Assembly: GCA_030167865.1 (NCBI GenBank)
Contig: JALAGF010003405.1
Location: 1-64,000 of the forward strand
Direction of reading: 5' to 3'
Length of the DNA stretch: 64,000 bases
DNA from: Craspedostauros australis
Lineage: Eukaryota
Below are positions 22,388 to 33,500 of the stretch, one piece after another. The notes under the pieces are model-generated. The model was not told the origin of the DNA. It ran no database searches and saw only the letters and a program-made list of their open reading frames with translations. The position numbers and the translations under genes are program-made. Position 1 is the first letter of the stretch; each line of letters opens with the position of its first letter.

Positions 22388-23629
22388 ATGACACCACCGC
22401 CACCACCGCCACCTCCTCCTCCACCACCGGCGTCATCGTCTATCTCCGCACGGCCTACTGGGCAACGATATCCATTTGCGTATCAACCATCAACAAGAGT
22501 TTCATCACAGCTCAACAGAACTGGCCTTTCCCCAAGACACCCCTGGACCCACACTTCGCCTCCGCAAGTTCAACCTCCGGAAGGCGCATCGCAATCCACT
22601 CGGAAAAAGAAGAAGCAGAAGAACAAGACTTCCAAGAATTTGCAGCCAAAATCACAGTCGCAGACCCAATCGCAATCGCAAGAACAATCGCAGCTTCAAC
22701 CACAAACACCAGCGCAAACTCAGGAGCAACCAAAGACGGAGTACAATTGCGAGCCATGCAGTTTGACGTTCGAGAGCGAGAAGGCGATGCAGCAACATTG
22801 CAAGTCACATGTGCAATGCACCCAGTGCACCTTCAAGGCATCGCCCAAGATCGTCAAGGGACATTATGACACCAACCATGGGCGCTTGTCCGGAACAGGC
22901 TTCAAGACTGTCACGGTTGCAGTGCGTGGGTGTCGCGTGCAACGCTTCAAGATCTGCGTCGGCAACCGGCCGGAGGATATACAGAAATGGATTGCCGACC
23001 GCCGCAAGCGATTCCCCCGGCAAAAGCCCAAGCCGGCGCAACATCAACAGAACCAATCATCGATGGCGCCCCAAAAGAGAGGAATTTCGTCCATGTTGGA
23101 CGGATATGGATCATCCTCCGATTCGGATCAAGACCAAGAAGCAGCGACGACATCCGAAAAGTCAGGGCATGGCACGGGCAGTTCAAACGCACAAGCCTCC
23201 ACAGCTGATTTCACAAGGACTTTGAATGAGATCCAACCAAAACGGAGCGCCAGAGTTTGCATATTCTTCTCGCGGAATGGAAGCTGCCGCAACGGCGATG
23301 CGTGCCGTTTCAGCCACGACGTGTCTCAGAAGCTTGGCTCGCCGTTGCAAATGCATCTGAAGAACAAGCGATTGGGGCCAGCGAAACATACGCCAATGGC
23401 GGCGCATTCATCGTTGCTTCGCAAGCTCGTGGCGAAAGATATGCGACGGGAAACAACGTTGACATTGCAACTGCTGAAGTACATCACGAAGTCGAACTTC
23501 ATGCAGAAGCAACGCATGGAGCGATCGCAGAATGACACCTTGGCTGACGCAAAAGGCCCCGCCGCTGTGAAAACCGTTGTAGGCGTCGCCAATGACAAAA
23601 ATGGATCAACGGCGATGGATATCGATTGA
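22388..23629 (+). CDS. NUFIP1: NUFIP1/Rsa1-like snoRNP assembly factor with C2H2 and CCCH zinc fingers
   Basis: CEPC..F......QHCKSHVQCTQC.F.AS..IVKGH zinc fingers, PEDIQKWIADRRKRFP (NUFIP1/Rsa1 PEP motif), CIFFSRNGSCRNGDACRFSH, and C-terminal SLLRKLVAKDMRRE...LQLLKYI..SNF. Confidence 0.85.
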   Translation: MTPPPPPPPPPPPPASSSISARPTGQRYPFAYQPSTRVSSQLNRTGLSPRHPWTHTSPPQVQPPEGASQSTRKKKKQKNKTSKNLQPKSQSQTQSQSQEQSQLQPQTPAQTQEQPKTEYNCEPCSLTFESEKAMQQHCKSHVQCTQCTFKASPKIVKGHYDTNHGRLSGTGFKTVTVAVRGCRVQRFKICVGNRPEDIQKWIADRRKRFPRQKPKPAQHQQNQSSMAPQKRGISSMLDGYGSSSDSDQDQEAATTSEKSGHGTGSSNAQASTADFTRTLNEIQPKRSARVCIFFSRNGSCRNGDACRFSHDVSQKLGSPLQMHLKNKRLGPAKHTPMAAHSSLLRKLVAKDMRRETTLTLQLLKYITKSNFMQKQRMERSQNDTLADAKGPAAVKTVVGVANDKNGSTAMDID

Positions 23630-24385
23630 CTCAAACATTCAGCCTGCCTACTTTGTCCAATGATGCGCGAAGCACAGCATAACATGATAGAACAGAACAA
23701 AGTAGAGTAGACTAGAGTAGAGTGGAGCATAGTAATCTACTTGACTGCGCTGGACTCTCGTGAGACTGATCCTGCGTCGAATTCATTGTTGGTGCCCATT
23801 TCATTTCCTGGCACAGTACTACTATGGCATGATGGGATGCGATTGGTGCAATTGATGTGGTTGGTGCCTGCCCTTTTCATAACTCTATCCCGAATCAGCA
23901 GTTGCCTCGTGTACCATAAGTACTCGAATGAGTCGACCCCTACAAAATGCGATCTCCCCAAACGCGAAATGATGGGTGGAGATTTCAAATTTGGCGGCAA
24001 CCCGATGGAATCCCCACAATCACGCGACAACCAGCACCAATGATCGTTTTGAATTCTGCGCCACAGACTGCATGTTTCACTGCTGTCATGGCAATTCATC
24101 CAATCATCTGTCCATCCACACACGCACTCACACCTTGCGAGCAAACACAACAATCGCAGCAATCGTAGCAACCGCCACAACACAAACCGCCCTTTGTGAC
24201 AGACGAGCAAGATTGCACCAAAGAAGCAGGGACCATCCGCGTGTCCGCCACAAAGCCCGTCGTCAAGCGCAACAATCGTCCATTGAGCAACAAGACGGCG
24301 CGTACCCTGTGACTTCTCTCCGATCAAGGAAGCAATAGACCAAACAGCAGAGCTGAGCCGAGCTGAGCAGAGCAGAACAGACAAT

Positions 24386-25882
24386 ATGGCAGAAACACAG
24401 TCCACTGCTGAAGGGCACCAGCAGCATGGCAAGCAGATACGCACATTCTCGGATCTCAAACCGCAGTGGCAAAAGTTCCAGAGCACGCTGATCGTGCCAT
24501 CCGAGAAGGTGGCGAAAGTCTCCAGCCAGTCCAACCAAACATTCGCATACAACCGCCAGTACTCCCAGGTGTATTCGCATCGTCTGGCTGCTCTCGCGCC
24601 CCGTTGCTGGGAGACTATCCTCAAGGACAAGACGATCAAATCAGCCAAGGGGACCAGCGGCGCGGCGGGCATCACCAGGGTCAAACGAGTGCTCGAGCTT
24701 CGGGAAGGCATCCAGACGCTAGTGGTGGGAACTATCGTTCGAGAGACGGTCAATCCAAAGGAGGGTCCTGTCGTGGAGGGCACTAAATGCCGCCCATCCG
24801 ACAATCTCTACCTCGAAGACGAGAGCGGTCGGGTTGTCCTGGGTGTCGCCCAGGAACAGGTCTTCCGGTACTGCACTGGCATCGTCATGGGGTTGCTGGG
24901 AACTGTTATCGAAGATGGGACATTCAACGTCACTCAATTCTTCCCACCGACACAGCCAAAACTATCGACAATCTCCAAGGGCAGCGATGGTGCCGGTGAC
25001 ATGGCAGTGGATGCTGACGAGGGCCAAGATAACAACAACAATGGCACCACAAGTACAGACCCGCACGTTCTAATTCTCTCTGGCTTGGCATGCGGTGACG
25101 CAACTGTCCCGAGCGTTCCGCGAGAAATGCTTCTTTGCTACCTTCAGGGACAGTTCGGCGCCGATGCCGCCAAGATCAGCCGCATCATCGTTGTTGGGCC
25201 GTCATATGCCGCCAATGCAACCATGGACAGCATCAAGGAGTTCGACGATTTCATGCTGCAGATCGTGGCATCCGGAATTCCAGTTGAAGTAGTTCCGTCA
25301 CAGACAGACCCCACCACCAGCAACTGGCCGCAACGTCCGCTCCACAGCTCTCTCATGCCAAGGTCTGGCACCAGCGCACTCGTCACCTGCACTCCGAATC
25401 CGTATTCATCAAAGCACGATCAGAGGCTCATGGTCGGAACTGACGGAAAGAACATCAAAGACATGTGCGAATCCATTGTGCTTCCTACGAGCAGTCACAC
25501 ACCCACAGCAGCAAGTGGTGACGATGGCGCGAGTGCAAATGGCAACAAAGAAGGAGATACACAAGAGACCCGAGAGTACACCAAACTCACAGAGACACAG
25601 GCATTGCAAAGATGCTTGGAGTGGTCACACATATGTCCCACCGGGCCAGATTCCGTTCCCACGGTGCCCCACGCAAAGATCGATCCCATGATTCTGATTG
25701 ATGTTCCAGACATCTACTTCGCCGGCAATGGTGCCGAGTTCTCTTCCAACGTCGTCACGTCGCACGGAAGCGAAACGTTGGCAATCAACATTCCCGCTTT
25801 CTCTTCCACTGGCGAGGCGGCGCTGGTGAATCTGCGCAAGCTCACTGCGGAACCCATCAAGTTTGACGATGCGTCAATGTGA
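24386..25882 (+). CDS. POLD2: DNA polymerase delta subunit 2 (B subunit, Pol31)
   Basis: YNRQYSQVYSHRL, LYLEDESGRVVL, TGIVMGLLG, P...DPTTSNWPQRPLH, TPNP, GTDGKNIKD, LEWSHICPTGPD, DPM..PDIYFAGN and IPAFSSTG. Confidence 0.93.
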   Translation: MAETQSTAEGHQQHGKQIRTFSDLKPQWQKFQSTLIVPSEKVAKVSSQSNQTFAYNRQYSQVYSHRLAALAPRCWETILKDKTIKSAKGTSGAAGITRVKRVLELREGIQTLVVGTIVRETVNPKEGPVVEGTKCRPSDNLYLEDESGRVVLGVAQEQVFRYCTGIVMGLLGTVIEDGTFNVTQFFPPTQPKLSTISKGSDGAGDMAVDADEGQDNNNNGTTSTDPHVLILSGLACGDATVPSVPREMLLCYLQGQFGADAAKISRIIVVGPSYAANATMDSIKEFDDFMLQIVASGIPVEVVPSQTDPTTSNWPQRPLHSSLMPRSGTSALVTCTPNPYSSKHDQRLMVGTDGKNIKDMCESIVLPTSSHTPTAASGDDGASANGNKEGDTQETREYTKLTETQALQRCLEWSHICPTGPDSVPTVPHAKIDPMILIDVPDIYFAGNGAEFSSNVVTSHGSETLAINIPAFSSTGEAALVNLRKLTAEPIKFDDASM

Positions 25883-26264
25883 GACACGGGAATCTGACGC
25901 AACACAAGGGGGTGGGGAGAAAACTGCTCTTATATTAATATTGCGATCTTGGCGTGCTAAGCAACATCGTACGGGAGTCTTTTATGATGCTGGAAATAGC
26001 ATTGCATTAAAGCTGCCGCCCACTTGTTCCTTGTCTAGCTCGTACTGGCAGCTATTTCCAATGCGACTCTACTTTCGATACTGTTAGACTGGTGCGCGCG
26101 CTTTCTGTGTGTGATGTGTCCACCTCATTTTTTCGTGTGTTTTTCTTTGGTTGATTGGGTGGTCGTGAGTCGGAAAAGGACTCCAAGATGGCGCCAACTT
26201 GCTGTCGCCGTCAAACTTCCACTCAGGAGAGATTCCTTGTGATCAACGAGCCATCTTTTATGGT

Positions 26265-27236
26265 ATGACTACCATACCATTGACGATGCATGAGCCAATC
26301 TACGAGTCGCAGACACCACGTGCAACCTTGCAGAGCCAAGAAGACCAAAGCGATGATGACGCAGATCAAGGCGATGCGAGCAATGCTCCTCAAGGCGTAC
26401 ATGTTGAGAGCACAGAAGAAATGATCTGGTCGCTCACGTGGACCAATGCATTCCCGACGCTGTTGCCACAGCAACTGTACAATCCATCGAGACCTGGCAT
26501 GCATGGCAACGGGCAGATACAAGTACGCAGCCGCCAGCAAGCCTCAGCTCTCCATTTGCAAAAGCTTGCCTTTGATGCCATCTTTCGGTCATCGCGCAAC
26601 CCCAGCGCCGATGCGCAACACTGGATGAATGATCGGGATCGGCAGAGCATGGAGAATTCGTTGGGGTACGGCGAAATCAGCCCCAAATCTGTGCTCATCA
26701 TCATGGAGTTGCTCCAATCGATGGATGAATGCAACAGCCGTAGAGGCAGGGGCAAGCGCATGGATTTCAGGCAAGCGACAGTCATGGATTTGGGCAGCGG
26801 AAATGGACGTGTCTTGTTCGCTGCATGCCTTTGTCAGCCATTCCGGGAAGCGATCGGCCTCGAAATCTTACCAGAACTTCATGGAGAAGCAATGAAGAAT
26901 TTGGAAGCTTGGGACGAGCAGGCACAGGGCACAGATGATGCTGCTCCTGCAACACATTTCGATTTTCGCTGCGACGACTTCACACATCATGTGGCCTTGT
27001 TGCAGTCGGCATCTGTGGTGTTCATTCATGCCACCGTGTTCCAAGCTGATCTCATGTCGAAGCTTCAGATTATGTGCGAAGGCTGCTCGCCTGGAACCTA
27101 CTTCATCTGCGTCACCAATCCAGTCAACGGCGTCGCCAACATTCGAACTCTCACAACGGTGCAGCTCGACATGAACTGGGGACAGGCGACTGTCTATATC
27201 CAACAAATGGTTGGGGGCGATGTGTCCGTCCCATGA
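26265..27236 (+). CDS. Small DOT1-like class I SAM-dependent methyltransferase
   Basis: SLGYGEIS, VMDLGSGNGRVLFAA, AIGLEILPELH, CDDF, VVFIHATVF, CSPGTYFICVT and MNWGQATVYIQ. First ATG at 26265. Confidence 0.75.
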   Translation: MTTIPLTMHEPIYESQTPRATLQSQEDQSDDDADQGDASNAPQGVHVESTEEMIWSLTWTNAFPTLLPQQLYNPSRPGMHGNGQIQVRSRQQASALHLQKLAFDAIFRSSRNPSADAQHWMNDRDRQSMENSLGYGEISPKSVLIIMELLQSMDECNSRRGRGKRMDFRQATVMDLGSGNGRVLFAACLCQPFREAIGLEILPELHGEAMKNLEAWDEQAQGTDDAAPATHFDFRCDDFTHHVALLQSASVVFIHATVFQADLMSKLQIMCEGCSPGTYFICVTNPVNGVANIRTLTTVQLDMNWGQATVYIQQMVGGDVSVP

Positions 27237-27554
27237 TTGGTGCTTGGACATTCCAACGAAGCGTGTAACGCCATCGTGGATTTTGAATAAGCGAGTACTC
27301 GTATTAGTATTATGCATGGTAATAGAACCACAATCAAGAATGGAAAACTGACCACGCTTGCGATCGGGACTGATCCCATGCTTCAACAACGCTCCTCTGT
27401 CGTGTCTTGCAAGAACTTCGGTTGTCAACAGTTGCGTGCATCTCGGTGTGTCTCAACAAAATCACTTTCGTCATCATCTCTGTAGCTGCAATCGTTGTCT
27501 GAACCGCTGCTTTCGCTGTTTCTGTCGCTGGTGCAGTATCAGCGCGGTAGAATA

Positions 27555-30500
27555 CTACCAAAAGGCACACCAACCAACATAGGATTGACACAGATTCTCG
27601 GTGGACGTAGATTGGACGATGAGGCGCTGAACCTGATCCACGACGTCCAGCGGTTGGCCTGACTCTTCCGCATCGGGAAAGTCCGTGCCCACCAGCTTGT
27701 CCTGAACACGTCTCACCACCTTCAGAGCTTGCTGATTGAAGGCTTCGTCGTTCTTGTCGTCATTCTCGCCTTCCATCAGGCTCATGAGTTCACGTTGCAA
27801 CAGACTTCGGCCTGTGCGAGAACGCGCGACCGAGTTGCTGGCAACGACGCTGCCGACTCTATCTTCATCATCGCCAACGACGCTGGCGACTCTGGGGTCG
27901 ATGTTCCGTTCTGCCGCCCATGACTGAATGCTTGAATGCAGCTTCAGTGACCGAGCCTGCATCGATTTTGCAGTATTCATCTTCGTCGCCGGTCCATCCG
28001 CCGTGACATCGTCGATGGCCGCGGATGCTGGCTGAGACGTGTCTGTATTCCGAGCTGATGCAACCAGATCAAGTGGACGATCGCGACCTTGCTCCTCTGT
28101 TGCGCCTTCCTCGCTTTCTTCCTGGATTGGTTGATGGACCAGCAAGGATTGTCCTGCATGATCCTTCCCAGCCTTGTTATGGTTAGCCAAACGATCCGAG
28201 AAGCTTAGGCTTCGGAAGCGGGGCTTGCGTTGCCTTTGTCGCAATGAAGACGGTGCCGGTGCCGGCGATGTGATGGATGAAGCCACACCCCCGTCTGCTG
28301 GTTTGTCATCCGTCTGTGGCCTCTGAGCGTTCTTGATCGCCTCGAGCTCGATCAGACGGGAGCTGATCAGTGGATCGTAGAGGAACGCTTCCAGCATGGT
28401 CAGCAGTGAATCGCGATTCTCTCGCAGAATCACCATCGTTCGCTCGCACGTCGATCGGTAGGTGCCTTCGATCTTGGACACTCCCATTGCCTCCACGAGC
28501 ATTCGTGTGAGACGGAAAGGCACCTTCTCCGGGAACTTGTCGCGCTTCATGGCAACTTCGAAACAATCGCCTGCAGCCGCATCCGGCGTTGGTTTGGGAT
28601 CATCGTAATGGGAAGACATGAAATAGCACCGCCACGTGCGAACGTCGAAATGTGGTGAGAAAAGGAAAGGAGGCATGGGTCAAGGTTATACCATACGAAG
28701 AACAGCAACAGAGTAGCGTCGGCAATATACAGCACTGAAACCACTGTAGTCGTCACCAGCATTGTGGTTGTCATATCGATCACCACAAGGCATTGCGAAA
28801 GTCCTGGATGATCGCATCCAATCCACTCGCATTTTCGGTGGAAAAGTGGATGAACGACAGACAGGAGGTCAGACAGACAGGTAGCCAGACAGACGTGAAG
28901 AACGCCAAGCATGGGACGTACCGAAATCGATGTGCAAAATCCTCCCACTGATCTGGTCGAGCATGAGATTGGATGGGTGGCGGTCGCCCAATCCAAGCAT
29001 GTACCCCACCATCGACATCACGGCCAGGCTTCTTGTATACCTAGTGCGGTGCTCAAGCCACTCCTCGCTATTCGTGCTCTTCAGCCAAAGGATTTCGTAC
29101 ATGTCGTTGCCCTTGCCGGGTGTGCGTTCCAGAGCATCGGTGAATACTTCGACCTTCTGCATCACCGTGAGGTCTTCATAATTCCTCGTGATTTGCGACA
29201 TCTCATGATTCTCGATGCTGACTGGGATCTGCTTGGATTGGCGATAGTTTTTCACCAGCACGTGCATGGTGTCTGTGTGTGGGACCCAGCCAACGAGACC
29301 GCAGTTGTAGGACAACGGAGATATCGTGTATCGCTGGATCATGAGATCTTGGCTGTCAGACTGACGTTCACGTTCCAGCAATGCATTGACGAGACCGAAT
29401 AGCTGCATGACGCGCTCGTCCTGTCGCAGATCTTCGTGGCCCTTCAAGAGGAAGACGTAGTCTCGTCCGTCGCTACCCCTCACGGTCACCTTGCGTGGCC
29501 GTTGCTTGCTGGTGAAGACTTCGACGGTCGGGATGAATCGTTCGATCTTGACGTAGCTGCCATCAACTCTGTAGGATCCCGGGACACCCAGCTCAAGACT
29601 TCGCGCTCTGAACAACGCCTGTGAACAGGCGCTCAACTTGAGGCTCTTCAGTTCGATGAGCTGCTTGTTGATCAGCCGGAATACCTTGTAGTAGCTCTCC
29701 CACGCATTGTTGATGGCCATTTCTGCGTCTTCATTGATGTGGATTTGTCGGCCATAATCGTCGAATGCACCGCACGTGGCATATCCGACGGTGGCATTGT
29801 CACCCTCGCCCGCACCAACCAGCAACAGGTACTTCTTCAGCCCGTTCAGAGCTTCTTCCAGATTGTGACCGAAGCTCTCGATGAACTCCAGCTCATACTG
29901 GGTCTCGCCACCCTTCTCGATCTGCTCGTGCAGCGGCAGCAGGATGTCGAGCATACCGACGATGTTGCCATCGCCATAGTACAGCTTGGATGCATCATCC
30001 AGACCCGGCAGCCAAGTTTCGAGCCAAAGGATTGCGACGCGGATAAGTTCGGAGGACACCATGCTGGCCTCCTCCACGAGCGCGCTGGAATGGGCTTTCA
30101 GGGTATTCATGAGCAGCGCTGCTGCATTTCGTCTCTGGACGATGGGACTCTTCATCAGGACGGACAGCGGGTACATGAGTGCCTGGGGGTGTTTCTCACC
30201 AAGCGTCGTCAGCAATCCATGCAGGATCGACCGCGTCGACGCATCTTGGATGTGAATCCTGGCCAGCATCTGCGGGAGCACACCCAGCCATGCTTCCACA
30301 GTGACGGAACCAATGATGTCTCGAATGACTGCAGCAATCTCCGAGTGCTTGCCGTAGTTGAACAGACACGTGAGGAAGTTGAGCATGTCCTGCTGTACCG
30401 ATGCGCTCCATCGTTTGGTGCCAAGGCTGATGGCGTTGATGTATCCCCGGACGGCGGTCTTGATGTGGCTCAGGACGATGCGTTTCGATTCCAATCCCGC

Positions 30501-33500
30501 CTCCTGGCGCGAGGACTCGCTCCGATTCCCAACATCTCTTGGGTTGGACTGCTGCGCAATCCTGAAATTGACTTGAGCCCAAGCGTGCCACGATTTGTAG
30601 GAAGAAGAATCGAGCTTCGTCGAGCGCTGGAAGGCGGCCAGGACCTGGACCTGGAGCTGCTTCGATATTTGCGCACCCAACGCCGTGCTTATTTCTAACT
30701 GCCACTCGCCCAACCTCAGCCAGCAGGATGCCTGAAACGAGGTGTCGGCGACCTCCGCTGAAGAAGACACAACGTCAACCACTGTGCAAAGCTTGGAGAG
30801 TCGTTGCGTGGCTTCCTGCCGTTCGTCCGCCAGCCAGAGGTGCTTCAGGTACGCGAAGTACAGCTGATGCTGCACCTCCAGGACCCGGCGTCCTCCAGTC
30901 TGTTCGACCAGCATCTCAGTCCACCTTTTGTGTTCATTGCTGAAGGTCTGGGCGATGGGGATCGCATCGCTTCTGACGAGGCTGTGAATGAGCTCCGAGT
31001 CAGCCACCGTTTCCATCTGCCGTTGGATCTGCTCATCCAAGGTCCACGACGACGGGATGCCGAATCCGAACGCCGGGCCATCAAGATCGGCACGCAGCTC
31101 CGCAAGCGGGTCGAGGATGACACGCCCGGCGAGGCGGGACCGCTGGGCTTGTCTGTACAGTTTGCTCAGGGTGAGGGTGTTTTCAACTTCATCGATCGGT
31201 CCCAGAATCAGGGAGCGCACAGCCAGGATGGTGGAGTGGACCTCGGCATCGACGCGGCATCCAGTGAGCCTATCTCTCCAAACTGACAGCAACTTTTCTT
31301 TTGCGATTTCATGTTCTGGACGATCGACGAAGTACATGCTCTGATTCGACATGGACATCTTCTCCAATTTGCGGTATTCAATGATCTCCTCCATCTCAGC
31401 AAGGGATTGCGCCGATACCATGCTGGGGTAGGCGCGGTTGTATGACTCTGCCATCGATGCGGTGAAGGGCCCGTCCATCGCGCGACGAGCCGAGTCGATG
31501 GACTCAGCTGCCAGGTCCCATTCTTGGCGGTGAATCCGAAGCACGGCAGTGTAGAACGACCCTTCGTAGTTATCGATATCTGGGAGGAGCCGCTTGGTTG
31601 ACCTGCGATTCATCAAATGCGACGAAGATGTTTGGGATCTCAAGTCGCCGCGGCCATTGAGGAGCTCCTTGGAGTACTTCTCCAGCTCGTCCCACCGTTT
31701 CAACCTCCAGGCGGCTTTGGCGCACATGGTCAACGCCTTTCGCTGTCCTCGTAGATTCCGTGCTCTGCTGGTTGCTGACCGCACGCCTTCTACTGACAAA
31801 GCCATGCTGTCGTTGTTGATTGATGACCAGTTGGTATCAGCAAGATCGAGCACTGTCGACCATTCGCCGATCGCGCTCGAACAGCGCATGCACCCCAACA
31901 GAGCATCGAAGTCACCTCGATTCATCGCCAACTTGCGCTCGTACACTTCCAAGGCCTCGGTCCATGAACCGAGCTTGGCAAGCCAAAGCTCTTTGTTTTC
32001 GGCAAGATTCAGGCTGCTCCTGTTTTGAGGTTCTGCTCTCCCATGTTCCGAGCTCCATACAATGCCGTACAGGAGCTCGTGTGTGCTTTGATGTCTCGCC
32101 CATTTCGATGAAATCATCGACGCCTCGTTCGACATTTCCGAGTCCACTACGACAGTGGCAGATTTCAACACTCCGAGCGCAGCCTCTGCACACGTCGTGG
32201 AAGAAAGTAGAAGTGAGCATGTGCCATCGAATGAATGATGAATGAATGAATAGATGGGTGGGTGGATGAGTAGACGGACGGTGGTCACATTTGCTTACTC
32301 GTCACATCAGTACAAAGTACCCGCAAGCACCTTCCATGACGATTCGCTCATGTGCGTTTGTGTAAAACACCAGTAGAGCACGAAAAAGCCATTCCCAAAC
32401 ATGGTGTCATCGTACGGCGTGGGCCACACACACACGCGCGCGCGCACATTTCTCATCCATTTCTCATGCATGCTGATATGGCATACTCTATTCGCGCTAT
32501 TCACGCAACGCATCGGAGACAATCACTGTCTCACAACCTTTCAAGCATGATCCTTACCTTGCAAGTCGAGCTTCCTGTTAATACTGATCAATGCCTCAAC
32601 GCAATCCTTGCTCCCAAGCCTGCTCTCGCGTTCCTTGTAATGGAGTGCCTTTGCGTACGCCCTGCATTTGAGTGCCAGATCAGCAAGGATCGCAATGTTG
32701 ATGGGTAAACCACCGTCTGGGTCGTGTTCCATGAATTCTGCCAAATTGAGCAGAGTTTGCAAGATTTCGGGTGACACATCCGCAACGAACGCAGTTTGCA
32801 ACGCCTGCACCAAATCTGCTCGGTATCCATCACTCAGCTCCTTCCAGCAACAGACAAACGCTGCGCTGAACAATTCTCTCGCCAGTGGCTGGTACACATG
32901 GGCGAGCGTTGCTGCGGCACGCAGCGCCGGGGAAGACGCTTCGCGCAACAGATGGATCGCGAGCTGTCTCATCCATTCATCCCAATCTTCGCGGGAGGAG
33001 CACTTGGAGACGTCCCAAACCTTCTGCAAGTTCTCTTGGGTCGTGTTCATGATGCCGGTGGACGGCTGCCGGAATGCTGGGGAGAGCATGGTGGCATCAA
33101 ATCCGTCCGAGAATGGCTCCTGCAAAAGATGACTAGAAGCATCGACCATCAACCCTTGACTTTGGAGTTGATCGGATCCAAAGATCATGGACGAGTCTTG
33201 GTGGCGTAGCGGTCGAGGATTTGTGATAGGTGACGGGTTGTTGTAGCTTCGCTGAAGCGGCGAATTCGTCAATTCCTCAATGGCGCTGTCGAACATCTTC
33301 AGGCAAGATGACGCATTTGCTGGGCGAAGCTGGCGTTTGCCCTCAGTTGATTCGGCGGGCTGCGAGCGCCTGAAGTTCAGCTCTTCCCATTGTTGGATCA
33401 CATCCCTCGTTCCATTGTGGTACAACTTCACCCATATCACTGGGCCGAGCTGTCTGGCACAGGTGCAGAGACAGCTAACGATGGCGAATCCCACGTTGTA

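Noticed and set aside
23737-24804. 355-aa minus-strand ORF overlapping the POLD2 5' end
   Set aside because: Antisense to POLD2 and its CA-rich UTR; Cys/Trp/Leu-rich non-protein-like composition.
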